Source: Zygophlyctis sp. KS116
Taxonomy: Eukaryota > Fungi > Chytridiomycota
NCBI GenBank assembly: GCA_054661495.1
Contig: BAAFSQ010000084.1
Coordinates: 1-32,000 of the forward strand
DNA: 32,000 nt
Direction of reading: 5' to 3'
Positions 9,702-21,091 of the stretch are shown one piece after another (position 1 is the first letter of the stretch; the number at the start of each line of letters is the position of its first letter). A program made the translations under genes and the position numbers. The notes beneath the pieces are model-generated. The model had not been told where the DNA came from. It made no database searches and saw nothing but the letters and a program-made list of their open reading frames with translations.

Positions 9702-12462
9702 ATGTTTGCATTCACTGAAACTGAATTATTCACAATAAAACTTGACAATGCAGACTTGAGTCTTGTTCAAAACATTAACAAGGAATTTTCTATTTTCACA
9801 AACAGCAACGGAAATCTAGAAATTTTCTCTCAGCCAAAAATCACAAGAATTTCTCAAATTTCAAAGAATTTATTTTCTTGGGAAATTCATGGTCTAGAAT
9901 TCAATTCGAATCTGGAAACTCTGGAAATTTTACTAAAATCCAATCTTGCATTTCAAGCACAGGATTTATTTCACGAGCCGTTTTCTTGGACTGTTGTATA
10001 TTCTCAAAGAAATCAGGGGATTGAATCCAGTGATTGTAAATCCAGTGATTGTAAATCTCATCATGGGAAAATTGATGCTGTAAAATATACTATTCAGAAA
10101 ATATTAACAAATACTCAAATCTGTCACTATGATTATGTAAAAGTATGGGTGGGGTCTTGGAATGTAAATTCACAAATGGATTTACCAGTCTCTTTAGAGT
10201 CATGGATACTAAATGATGACTATGATTTTTGTGTTTTTGGGTTTCAAGAGTTGGATACAAGTACAGAGGCGTATATAGTACAAGATTATAAAAGAGAAGC
10301 TGAATGGTCACTTTTAATAGGAAAAAGATTAAAAGATTATACAAAAATCATTTCAAAACAGTTGGTAGGAATGTTGGTTTTGGTTTATGTTAAATCTAGT
10401 CTAGAAAATTACGTGTCAAATGTACAAACAGATTCAATTGGGACTGGGCTCTTGGGGATGATTGGGAATAAAGGAGCAGTAGCTGTTAGATTTATGTTTA
10501 AAGATTCACATTTTTGTTTTGTAAATTCACATTTAGCGGCTGATGTAGCAAGTATGGAGAAAAGAAATCAGGATTATAGAGAAATAAGTAGTAAATTAGG
10601 TTTTTCTCTAGACAATTTAAAAGATTTTGAAGAATTTTGTCTTCATTTTCCTTGGATTTCTATAAATTATAAGGAATTAAATTCAGATTTGATGGATAAA
10701 ACTCGACTTTCCATTTTTGATGTAGAGTAATTTTATCTCTATTAATACTATTTAGTCATTTGATCTGGTTAGGAGATTTAAATTATAGAGTATTGGCATC
10801 TGAAGACTATTCAAAGGAATTAATAAGTGCGAATCAGTTGGATCATCTTTTAATAAGGGATCAACTTTTGCAGGAAATTAAAGATCAAAAGGCCTTTAGT
10901 ACATTTAAAGAGGGGAAAATTAACTTTCCACCGACTTATAAATTTCAAGTAGGGACAGATAATTATTATAAAGGGTATACTAGAACTTTTAAATCATACA
11001 GTGAAAAACAGAGAACGCCATCCTGGTGTGATAGGATTTTATGGCATCAAAATCAACAAATTATCCAGGATGAATCGTGGTTGGATTTGATTTGGTACAA
11101 AAGTGCAATGGAGTTTAAAATGAGTGATCATAAGCCGGTTATGGCATTGTTTAATCTGAAAGCTAGATCTGTGGATTACCATCAATTTGAGAAAACTGTT
11201 AATCAAGCCTCGCGCGAATTAGATAAACTAGAGAACGCTTCTCTGCCATCTGTAAAAATTAACCAGCAACAATTACAATTTGGAGATATTAGATATCGTA
11301 GTCCTAAAACCTGCTCATTTGTCATTGAAAACACTGGAAAGGTATTCTATCAAAAATGATTTCTAGTCCCCTGCTCAATTTACATTTGCACTTAAGCCTG
11401 GATCTAATAAAGCCGTTCAACCATGGTGCCATCCTAGTAAAACCTCTGATACCATAGTTCCTGGTCAGAAACTTGAAATTTTTGTGACGCTGTTTGTTGA
11501 TAAGCCAGATCAGGCACGATCTCTAACTTATGGAAAATCTCAACTGAGCGAAATATTGGTTGTTAGGATTCTAAATAGTAGTGACTACTTTATAAGTATT
11601 GACGCTCAATGGCTCCCAAATATCTTTGGATTAGATCTAACATTTTTGTGTTTGCTGAAAAATCCAATACGCGGGTATTCCTTACCCGAACTGTCTGTAT
11701 TTGAAGGCCAGATTAAAGCTACTGGTGGGAGATTTTCAAGAATATTTGTTCCAGAACAGTCAAGCTCAAGTAGTGCTAGTACTATTGATAATTCTTTAGA
11801 TCCTTCTGCTAGATACTCAATCCCCAAACCTGTCTGGATTCTAATTGACTTTTTATATAAAATGGGGGACCCGATTGACGTCGAATTAACCATTCATAAT
11901 GGTGTATATCAATATATTTGCGAATGCCTATGTCATGGAGTTGATATCAGCACTGAAATTTTTGAAGCTGATCAAATATTGAAATCTATAGATTCCTTTA
12001 ATGTCGCTACAACGCCATACATTCCTAAAAACCAAGAAATAATATTATTTGAATCAAGGGTCAAATCGTGGGGAATTAAAAGATCCACGGCCTTGACATG
12101 CGGACTACAAGTATTGTATGATTTCCTAAATGAAATCCCAGAACCCATAATACCATTCTCACTGTACAATCGCGTAATTTCTGAAGGATATCAGAGTTTA
12201 TCATTGGCCAAATCAGTTTTGTACCAAATCCCAACTCTAAACTATAATCTATTTATTTATATCTCTAGTTTTTTCAAACATTGGCTGCAGAAAGATAAAA
12301 AAGGAACTATTAAAGCAAACTTGAGTAAGTTTATATTTTTAATTTCTAGCTAGCAAATTATCAAATTTAATGATAAGAGAACCTCTTCAATCTCATTACA
12401 TCAGTTCAGAAAATTCTTCTACAAGATCCAGAAAACTTGAATTTCTATCACACTTTGTTTAA
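9702..12462 (+). CDS. OCRL: Inositol polyphosphate 5-phosphatase, OCRL/INPP5B type (5-phosphatase + ASH + RhoGAP-like)
   Basis: GSWNVN, GFQELD, GNKGAV, FVNSHLAA, WLGDLNYR, PPTYKF, RTPSWCDRILW, SDHKPV; ELDKLENA.LP..LQFG (ASH); SIPKPVW.LIDFL and FL.EIPEPIIP (RhoGAP-like). Introns 10727-10755 (29 nt), 10975-11001 (27), 11342-11366 (25) and 12325-12349 (25). Confidence 0.9.
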
Positions 12463-12698
12463 GAAGACATATTATCATAAATGACATAACCAACAAAAGC
12501 AGTAGATCCTACACCTAGTCCAGGAAGCATTTGAGAGACTCTAGTCTTGAATGAGAAGGTGTCATGTTGACGCCAGGCATATCTAGCAGCCCATGGATCC
12601 GGTTTCCCTGTAGTGCCTTCAAGAAATGGAGGATTTGGCCTGAAGGCCTTGAATGGGAATAAAGAGAATTCAGGAGGAGGAGGAATTTTAGACTTCAT
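12459..12698 (-). CDS. NDUFB3: Complex I accessory subunit B12/NDUFB3
   Basis: DPWAARYAWR..F....LPGLGVGSTAF.GYV matches the fungal B12 signature followed by a TM helix. Confidence 0.8.
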   Translation of the reverse strand: MKSKIPPPPEFSLFPFKAFRPNPPFLEGTTGKPDPWAARYAWRQHDTFSFKTRVSQMLPGLGVGSTAFVGYVIYDNMSS

Positions 12699-12954
12699 TT
12701 CTTATTAGAAAAATCGCGCAAATTTTCTTAAAAGAATTCTTTAAAACGCCTACTCATTCTCCTAGCTATAGTTGGTGGGCACTACTAAATGATATAAACT
12801 TTTAAGAGATGCTATAGAAAACTAGAAATGCAGACTTGCCTGCATAAAAGAATGAATCCAAAAGACTTTCATTTAAAATTCCAATTTTTCTTATTATATT
12901 GAAATTTTATATCACTTTAATTCTAATAAATTTTAATAAAATCCGTCTGAAAAA

Positions 12955-13350
12955 TCACTCTGGAGGAATTAATTCATCTACTCCCCAATCTTCCCAACAA
13001 CCATCTGGTAAATATCTTCGAATAAGTAGAGGTAATTTCCTCTCTCTCAACTCTTTCATTGCAATTTCCAACGGATCAGTTTCCCCACTTAACTCTACCA
13101 TTAGAGGTGCATTCATTGAAATTTGTAAAGCTCTAGTTCCTAATAGTCTTGCCTTTTCATATTTAGTCATGTATGGAGTAGTGGTTCTTTCAACTTTGGA
13201 AATCTCAGTTCCCTTCTTGGCAGAGGCTCCCTAACTGTTATATACTAATATTACTATTTCTACAACAGAAGCATTATTAATATCTGGTTCTACTGCCTCC
13301 ATTTCCTGTTCAAAATCTGCTGAAAAGTGATCATCATCATCAGAATCCAT
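12955..13350 (-). CDS. RPB6: RNA polymerase I/II/III common subunit Rpb6
   Basis: Acidic N-terminus; [40 protein letters not shown]. Intron 13231-13254 (24 nt). Confidence 0.97.
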
Positions 13351-13376
13351 TTAAGTTGTAGGGCCAACGGTGCAAA

Positions 13377-15111
13377 ATGAGTCTTAATTTAGATGATATG
13401 ATGGCTGCTATGGGATTACCTGTTGGGTTTGGGAAGAAATCAATGGCAAAAAATGCTAAAAGTAACAATTCAGCAAAGACTGCCGACTCTAGCGAAATAG
13501 GCAAAGAAATAACTGATCACTCGGATGCTATTGGTCAAGATCAGGATTCTGATGATGACTTTGGGCCACAGCCAGCGGTAAATATGGATCAGGAAGAGTT
13601 GGATGACTTGCCATTATCAAATTCTGTTTTATTAAAAGCACATTCAAAATCAGTCACGGCAGTTAGTCTCGATCCTTCCGGAGGAAGATTAATAACAGGA
13701 GGTAGAGATAATCAAGTAGTTATTTGGGATTTTCATGCCATGGATAAGAGACTGCATCACTATAAGAAATTTGAGCCAATAGAAGGAAATCCTGTATTTT
13801 TTTAATATTTATGTTTTAGATTGTGGATTTGGCCTTTGGTTCTTCTGGAGATAGGTTTTTATTAGCATCTCCAGAGTCTGTTATCAAGGTTTATAGTAGA
13901 GAAGGAGAATTACAAGCAACTTTTTCTAAAGGGGATCCTTATATTAGAGATCCAAAGCGTACAGTGGGTCATACTGCTCAAATAACTTCAGTCAAATGGG
14001 CTCCAAATGATAAAAAAGCTTTTTACACTTCATCATATGATTCTACAATTAGGCTTTGGAATATAGAGGATCCAAAAAAGCATGTTTGGTATGTTTTGTT
14101 TTGTAATTTGTTAGGGTAATACCTGTAAAATCCAAGGTTCCAGGTTGTAGAACTCCAATTACATCAGTAAATATGTCACAAGACTCTAGAAGTATTGCTG
14201 GAGGTGCAGAAGATGGGGTTTTGCGGATTTGGTCAACCAAGGGTCCATTTGTTTTACCAACTCACAGTCTAGAAAATGCACATACGCCAGGGATGGCTAT
14301 TTCAAGTGTTTTATTTAAGAGAGATGGAAAATATCTCCTGTCTAGAGGATGTGATCATACTTTAAAACTATTTGATGTAAGAGCTTTTAAAAAGCCTTTA
14401 GCAACAGTCTCGGATTTATTAAATCTTTATGAATCTACAAACATTTTATTAACTCCTGATGAAAAGTATGTTTTGACAGGAACTTCAATTACAAAGGAAA
14501 ATGGCGCGGGATTTATCAAAATATTTGATTCTTCAACTTTAAAACTAGTCAGAGAAGTTGATATGGGACATGTATCTGTTATTAATTTAAATTGGCAAAC
14601 AAAACTTAATCAAATATTCGCAGGCCTATCTGATGGAAGCGTATCTGTACTCTACAACCCATCTTCTTCTTGTGCTGGGATATTAGAACCGTTGGCTAAA
14701 GAAGTTAAAAAACGAGCGGTAGATGATATAGAATACAATACAGGATATATTGAAGTGGAAGCTCAGGAGGAAAGACCCATATTCCCTGAAGAGTATGAAT
14801 TTGAACAACAAGACGAAAGATTGATTGATGAGCTTAGAAATTACGTTGATCCGAGAGATTTACGTAAACCTGAAATGCCTGGTAGAAGAGTCAGACCAAA
14901 CACATCATTCTTGAAGGATGGAGAAGTAGCTAAAGCAATCAATGAAGATCCTAGAGAGGCTATACTTAAACATGCTGATGACGCAGCCAAAAATCCATAC
15001 TGGGTGGCACCAGCCTACAAGAAAACGCAACCTGTACCTGTTTTCACTAGCTCAGTATATGTCACTGAAGAAGAAGCTAAAAGAGACGCCAAAAAACGGA
15101 GAAGACAATAA
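13377..15111 (+). CDS. WDR70: WD-repeat protein WDR70
   Basis: MMAAMGLPVGFGKK, LDPSGGRLITG, KGDPYIRD...T.GH, LLSRG.D.TLKLFDVRAFKKP, EDPREAILKH. Introns 13794-13819 and 14089-14114 (26 nt each). Confidence 0.9.
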
Positions 15112-15149
15112 AATAAAATGTACAGTCTTTATCCCAATACATTTATGAT

Positions 15150-16260
15150 TAAATTAACGTTAGGCACCAGCTGGTACAAGTAGATAGAAGAAATTTAGAT
15201 GATCATCCATTGAATAAAATATAATTACATGTAATCATATGACAACTATATAAATTGCATTCCTTTGGGCCAATTTTTTGTTTGTAAATTCTATGGGTGA
15301 GATCTCTAAAGCTTATATGAAATAAATGATGCCTTTTAAATTATCTGATTTATAATCCAAAACATATCTTTTGATTTCCATTAATCGTAATTTCATGTAA
15401 GATTAAAGAATTTAAACGTGATTTTCTCAAAATATCGTACTTTAAACCATTACAAACGGAAATCAAACATTCAACTCTATAGTTATATAAATCTACAGAT
15501 CAAATTTTGTAACTACATCTTTAAAACTGTATATTTTGTACGTGATTTTGTATTTTTTGTTCAAAAATCACATCTTCGGACAACATTTTAAATACCTTCA
15601 AGTTGTCCGATTTTACTCATTTTTAAATCTAAAGATGCCTCTTTTATATATCAAAATGATCTAAAAAAATTCAAGTCTATATCTGTTCTGATTGTAATTT
15701 TAAACTAAAATAACGACAAGTCTTATTACGGTTCAGGGAATGCATACAATCTGGATAAGAGATATTACAAAAAAACTTTTTTCTTATAATTTGCTCTTTA
15801 TACTTTGGTTTATTGATCTTGATTATTAACAAGTCATTATGAGTCCCCTGTATGGCTCCAGAGAGCTTTGAACTTGCACTCAAAATGACGATTTCACGAT
15901 CTAGAAGCAATACAAATAAATATATATTTTATGTCCTTAACTTTGATAAACTTCTTTATGATATTCTGAAGTCAAGAAGATCTCTGATCTCTTGAATCGA
16001 GGCCCTTTTTTGTTTCCGTATATTATTTTGTATTTTATCTAAATCTGTCACAAAGTATGTTATTTTCCCATTAATAGACTTCTTAATGATATCGCTAGGG
16101 AATATCTTGTTTCTGCAGCAAATGCATAATGCATTATTATGATAATCGCCAGAATATATTACGGACAGATCACGCTTGCAAATAAAGCAACTGAAATAAG
16201 ATATAGCCACCAAAATGTCTTGGATAATCAGCTCATTATTCAAACATTTTTATAATATAA
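15150..16260 (-). pseudogene. Possible decayed coding relic(s) in an unusually long AT-rich gap
   Basis: Minus-strand ORF fragments without a usable ATG (15956-16243 with CFIC..CICC; 15677-15910; further broken frames at 15150-15590). I found no tiny introns that join them cleanly. Confidence 0.3.
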
Positions 16261-16585
16261 TACATAGCTCCTAATATTTTTTATATCAATTTTAAGATTG
16301 GCAATACGTCCGATTTGCCGACGGACAAGTTTTCCTGCATGCATTAATTTACATTAAGTATTAATGGTAATTTTTTGCAATAGAATCATAGATTTTACTA
16401 AACTGTATGATCTATTCTATAAATTAAATACAGACGACTAAATGAATCTAGATTTTTCAATTTTTTGCTCATTAATATGAATGATTTATTAAATAGATTA
16501 TAGAAATAGAAATATATTTATTATAGTTGAATATAAAGTTTACAAAGGTAAATCAATTAATCTTCTTGAGGATATCCAATTTGAC

Positions 16586-16664
16586 TACGTCATACCATAC
16601 GTCAAAGAATACACGTCATACATACTACGCGTCAGTAAATATATTTCCGCATCTTACTACGTCA
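16586..16664. promoter_or_regulatory. Cluster of five CGTCA (CRE/ATF half-site) motifs upstream of the mosaic gene
   Basis: tacgtca at 16586, 16598 and 16658; cacgtca at 16612; tacgcgtca at 16626; all in the same orientation in CpG-poor sequence, ending 14 nt before ATG 16679. Confidence 0.7.
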
Positions 16665-16678
16665 TATTTCTTAAAAAA

Positions 16679-19600
16679 ATGAAATCTTTCATGTTTATAT
16701 TTAAGTTAATTATTTATTATTCTTTCATCTTTCAACGATGTCAGTCTCAAGTCGTGATTTCATTGGTGGGATCAGACGCTGCCGGAAGAGCAGATGGGAC
16801 TGGAACGCTAGCCAGATTTAATGGCGGCGGTAAAATCTCGATTGATAGTTATGGAAATTTCTTTATGTCTGATCAATTTAATAACAATATAAGAAAAATT
16901 ACGCCTTCAATGGTTGTTACTACTTTTGCTGGATCTAGCTCTGGTCTGTCAGGATATCTTGATGGCGATGCCACCTCGGCGAAATTCAATTGGCCCGGTG
17001 GAACGGCATTTGATAAAGTTGGCAATCTTTATGTTGCTGATTATTCAAATAAAAAAATAAGAAAGATTACTGCTAGTGGTGTTGTCTCAACCTTTGCTTC
17101 AAATGTAGGCGGAGCGGATGGTATCGCTTTTGATAGTAATGGTGATCTCTTTGTCGCAGATTGGGACAATAATAAGATTCTAAAAGTTACTCCAGCTGGA
17201 ATTGTTACTGTATTCGCTGGATCAGGTACTCTCGGATTTGCCGATGGAACTGCAAGTGCCGCAAAATTTAATCGGCCAGCTGACATTGTGGTGGATAGCT
17301 CGAACAATATTTATGTGGCAGAAGATGGCGGTAATATAATTCGTAAAATCACTCCTGCTGGTGCTGTCACTACTCTCGCTGGGTCTATTTTGGGCGCAGC
17401 AGGTTGGGTTGATACTAATGGAACTTTTGCCAAATTCAACCGCCCTTCGGGGATAGCTATTGATAATAGAGGAAATGTTTATGTTGGTGACTATAAAAAC
17501 AATAGAGTGCGGATGATTTCGGCTTTTGGTGTTGTCTCTACTTTTGCCGGGTCTGGAGTATCAGCAAGTACAAATGGCATAGGAACAGCAGCTAGTTTTA
17601 AAGGTCCCTGGTTTTTAACTTTTTCAAATGATTATAAATTTTTATATGTGACTGAATGGGATGGGAACAAAATTTCTAGAATTGAAATTTGTCAGCCAGG
17701 TTTTTATGGTGATTCATATACATTGACTTGCGCTTCATGCCCTGCCAATACATTCAATACTCTGACTGGCAGTACGAGTGTAAATGCTTGTAGATCATGT
17801 CCTTCGGGATATACATCATCCGCAGGCACTACTTCCTGTACAGTCTGTCCGGCTGGAAGCTACGTGAATAGAGCTGGTAATTGTGTAGAATGTTCTGCAG
17901 GATCTTATGGTTCCTCTCCAGCATCCACTCGCTGTACTCTTTGTCCTGCTAATACATTTAACTCCCTGACTGGAAGTACAAATCCAAGTGTTTGCCTACC
18001 TTGCCTCGTTGGATCTTATTCTCCGCTAGGATCGTCTCAGTGCATGATTGATTGTAAAACTATAGGAACAACTACTGGGTCATGCAATGGTAAGTCTCGT
18101 ACAACTACATTCTTTACTGCTGAAGCGACCAATGGTGGCTCTCAATGTACAGCACCGACTGAAATTGCGGCGCCTTGTGCCGATTGTTTGACAACTTCAA
18201 GTACTGTTGGATCTTGTGATGGATCACTACGTGTAACTAGCTACTTTACTGCAGACGCTGTTAATGGAGGATCTGCATGTACCAATCCTCTGGTTACAAC
18301 TGATGCTTGTGCTAACTGCGGAATTACAAGCGCTGAAATTGGAACTTGTGATGGGTCTTCAAGAACCACTTCTTATTATTCATCGACTGCCTTCAATGGA
18401 GGATCATTATGTGATCACGACAGTGCTGTTACTGACGTATGTGGTGACTGTTTGACAACATCGTCTGAAATCGGAACATGTAATGGATCTCAGAGAACTA
18501 CTTCTTATCATACTACTGAAGCGGTTAATGGAGGAAAAGTCTGTGTTGCACCAACTGTTACTATAGATGCTTGCGGTGATTGCCGCACGACCTCAACATT
18601 GACCGAGGCTTGTAATGGAGAATCTCGAACCACTTCATACTTTACAACTTCAGAATTCAATGGTGGCGCTATCTGCACTAATGATATCGTCTCTGTAGAT
18701 GCATGTGGACATTGTAAGACAAACGCGATGGAAATTGGTGAATGTGATGGATCCAGCCGAACAACTTCCTATGGAGTTTCAATGGAATTCAACGGCGGTA
18801 AACCTTGCACTGCTCCCACCATTGATATAGATGCTTGTGCTAACTGCGCTACTACTGAGACTACCTCTGGAGTCTGTGATGGCGATATGAGAACCACTAC
18901 ATTCTATACTTCATCTGAATTAAATGGAGGCACTATTTGTGCTCCAAGTACTACCTTAATTCAAGGTTGCGGAAACTGCAAGCCTACTTCCGTGGAACTA
19001 GGAGAATGTGATGGTACAAAGAGAACAACTAGCTACTTTACTCGTCCTCCTATCAACGGTGGAACATGCACTTTGCCCACTACTGTTGTTGAAAGTTGTT
19101 ATGACTGCAAGACAACAAGCACTTCAATCGGATCTTGTGACGGTGTTTCTAGAACTACGCAGTATTTCATAGCAGAATCTCTAAACGGGGGTGCTGTTTG
19201 TACTGGTCCAACAATGGTTGTAGAGGGATGCCAAAACTGTTCAGTGACTTCATCTAGTATTGGAACATGTGATGGAACATCTCGAACCACTACATTATTC
19301 ACTTCTTCTGCATTCAATGGAGGAGCCAGCTGTACTATTGAACTTGAAACTTCAAACCCTTGTGCGGACTGCTCAACTACTAGCAGCTCAGTTGCACTAT
19401 GCGTTAGTTCTTCACGAACGACTGTATACTTTACTACTGAATCTATCAATGGTGGATCTGCATGTACAGCCCCAACCGAGACTGTTGATTTCTGTGCTGA
19501 TTGCCAGACCACTAGCACACAGTCAGCCACTTGCAATGGAACAAATAGAGTCACTACGTACTTCACGGCTTCTGCCATCAATGGAGGGGCCCAATGTAGC

Positions 19601-20964
19601 GATGATGTCACAGAGAAAACTGATCATTGTGCCGATTGTTTGACAACTTCAAGTACTGTTGGATCTTGTGATGGATCACTACGTGTAACTAGCTACTTTA
19701 CTGCAGACGCTGTTAATGGAGGATCTGCATGTACCAATCCTCTGGTTACAACTGATGCTTGTGCTAACTGCGGAATTACAAGCGCTGAAATTGGAACTTG
19801 TGATGGGTCTTCAAGAACCACTTCTTATTATTCATCGACTGCCTTCAATGGAGGATCATTATGTGATCACGACAGTGCTGTTACTAATGGATGTCATTTA
19901 CCAACTGAAGCTCAGATAATATCTGAAACTTCTTCCAGTAGTATCTCGAAATCTTCTACGACAGTTGTGCCTGAAACAAATTCTATCACTGTATCTGAAA
20001 CTTCTTCCAGTAGTATCTCTGAATCTTCTACGACAGTTGTGCCTGAAACAACTTCTATCACTGTATCTGAAACTTCTTCCAGTAGTATCTCTGAATCTTC
20101 TACGACAATTGTGCCTGAAACAACTTCTATCACTGTATCTGAAACTACGACAATCGAAGCTCAGATAATATCTGGAACTTCTTCCAGTAGTATCTCGAAA
20201 TCTTCTACGACAGTTGTGCCTGAAACAACTTCCAGTGCTTTATCTGAAACTATGTCAAGAGCTGTTCCCGAAATTACATCTACCGAATCTGTCAAGACAG
20301 CGATTACTTCTCAAAAGACATCTGATTGTGATGTAGTATTCTCGTTATGGGAAGGTTTTGGAAAACAATTGGATAGCAAAACAGAGTGTTGCTCAATGAC
20401 TGGAATCACATGCTCTGGTGATAAAGTGATCAAAATGTAAGTTTATTATTATTTTAATATCAGTGATTGGAATAATATGGACCTTACTGGCCCAATTCCT
20501 GAATCTATTGGCTCGTTATCATCTCTACTTGAACTGTAAGAAACATTTAATCTGAAAATCTAGTAAATTATATTCAAACTTCTTATCTGGTTCTATCCCA
20601 GTCTCTATAGGAAATTTGATTTCACTTACAGAAATCAATCTCTCTGCTAATGATTTGACTGGCCCCATTCCGGATTCAATTGGAAATTTGAGCCAGCTTA
20701 AAGAATTGTAAGAAATTTTTAAATTAATAATGTAGACATCTCGGCTATAACTCCATAACCTCTGTTCCTAGTACTATTGGAAAATGTACCAACCTAGAAA
20801 TCCTAGTTCTATGGTATTCAAAATTACAGGAACCACTCCCATCATCAATTTCAAATCTACCATATCTTAAAATAAGCTTGGAAATGGGAGAACAACTAAC
20901 ACAGTCGAATGCAGGAATCAAAATTTATCGACGACTCTTACTTCAAGGTCGAACAATTCGATGA
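16679..20964 (+). CDS. Large secreted mosaic protein: signal peptide, NHL-repeat propeller, TNFR/GCC2_GCC3-like Cys repeats, 14 TSR-like repeats, Ser/Thr stalk, LRR N-cap and plant-type LRRs
   Basis: 1253-aa first exon. Introns 20437-20463 (27 nt), 20536-20563 (28) and 20708-20735 (28) join [15 protein letters not shown] / [15 protein letters not shown] / [15 protein letters not shown] LRRs; TGA at 20962-20964. Confidence 0.85.
18050..19897 (+). repeat. 14 tandem approximately 132-nt (44-aa) Cys-rich coding repeats, including an identical 259-bp duplication
   Basis: Consensus DCxTTSxxxGxCDGxxRTTSYFTxxxxNGGxxCxxxxxxxDxC; 18175-18433 is identical to 19627-19885. Confidence 0.92.
19907..20232 (+). 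repeat. 72-nt tandem repeat encoding a mucin-like [24 protein letters not shown] stalk
   Basis: Units start at 19921, 19993 and 20065, with a partial at 20137 and another copy at about 20170. Confidence 0.9.
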
Positions 20965-21091
20965 ACGATTTTTTAGAAGATTCTTTATTAAAATATAAAG
21001 TTTGAATTTTCGAATTTCCTAAAATTACTTTGAGCTCTATAAAATCCCAATCTATCAGACTTGTACCAAACCCTTACGTAATTGCGTCTCT

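Noticed and set aside
10025-10054. 15-nt duplication (SSDCK x2) in OCRL and gattcta repeats near 23610
   Set aside because: Ordinary slippage events with no further structure.
12699-12954. Possible snoRNA or small gene in the 256-nt gap (short hairpin atgcag..ctgcat)
   Set aside because: No convincing C/D, H/ACA or snRNA signature and no credible spliced ORF by eye; an Rfam scan would be needed.
17041-20168. Antisense and alternate-frame ORFs in the track (e.g. 17041-17307, 19099-19611, 18264-18455; likewise 5104-5412, 12899-13234, 28193-28435)
   Set aside because: They are shadows of real genes or of their repeats, with no independent motifs.
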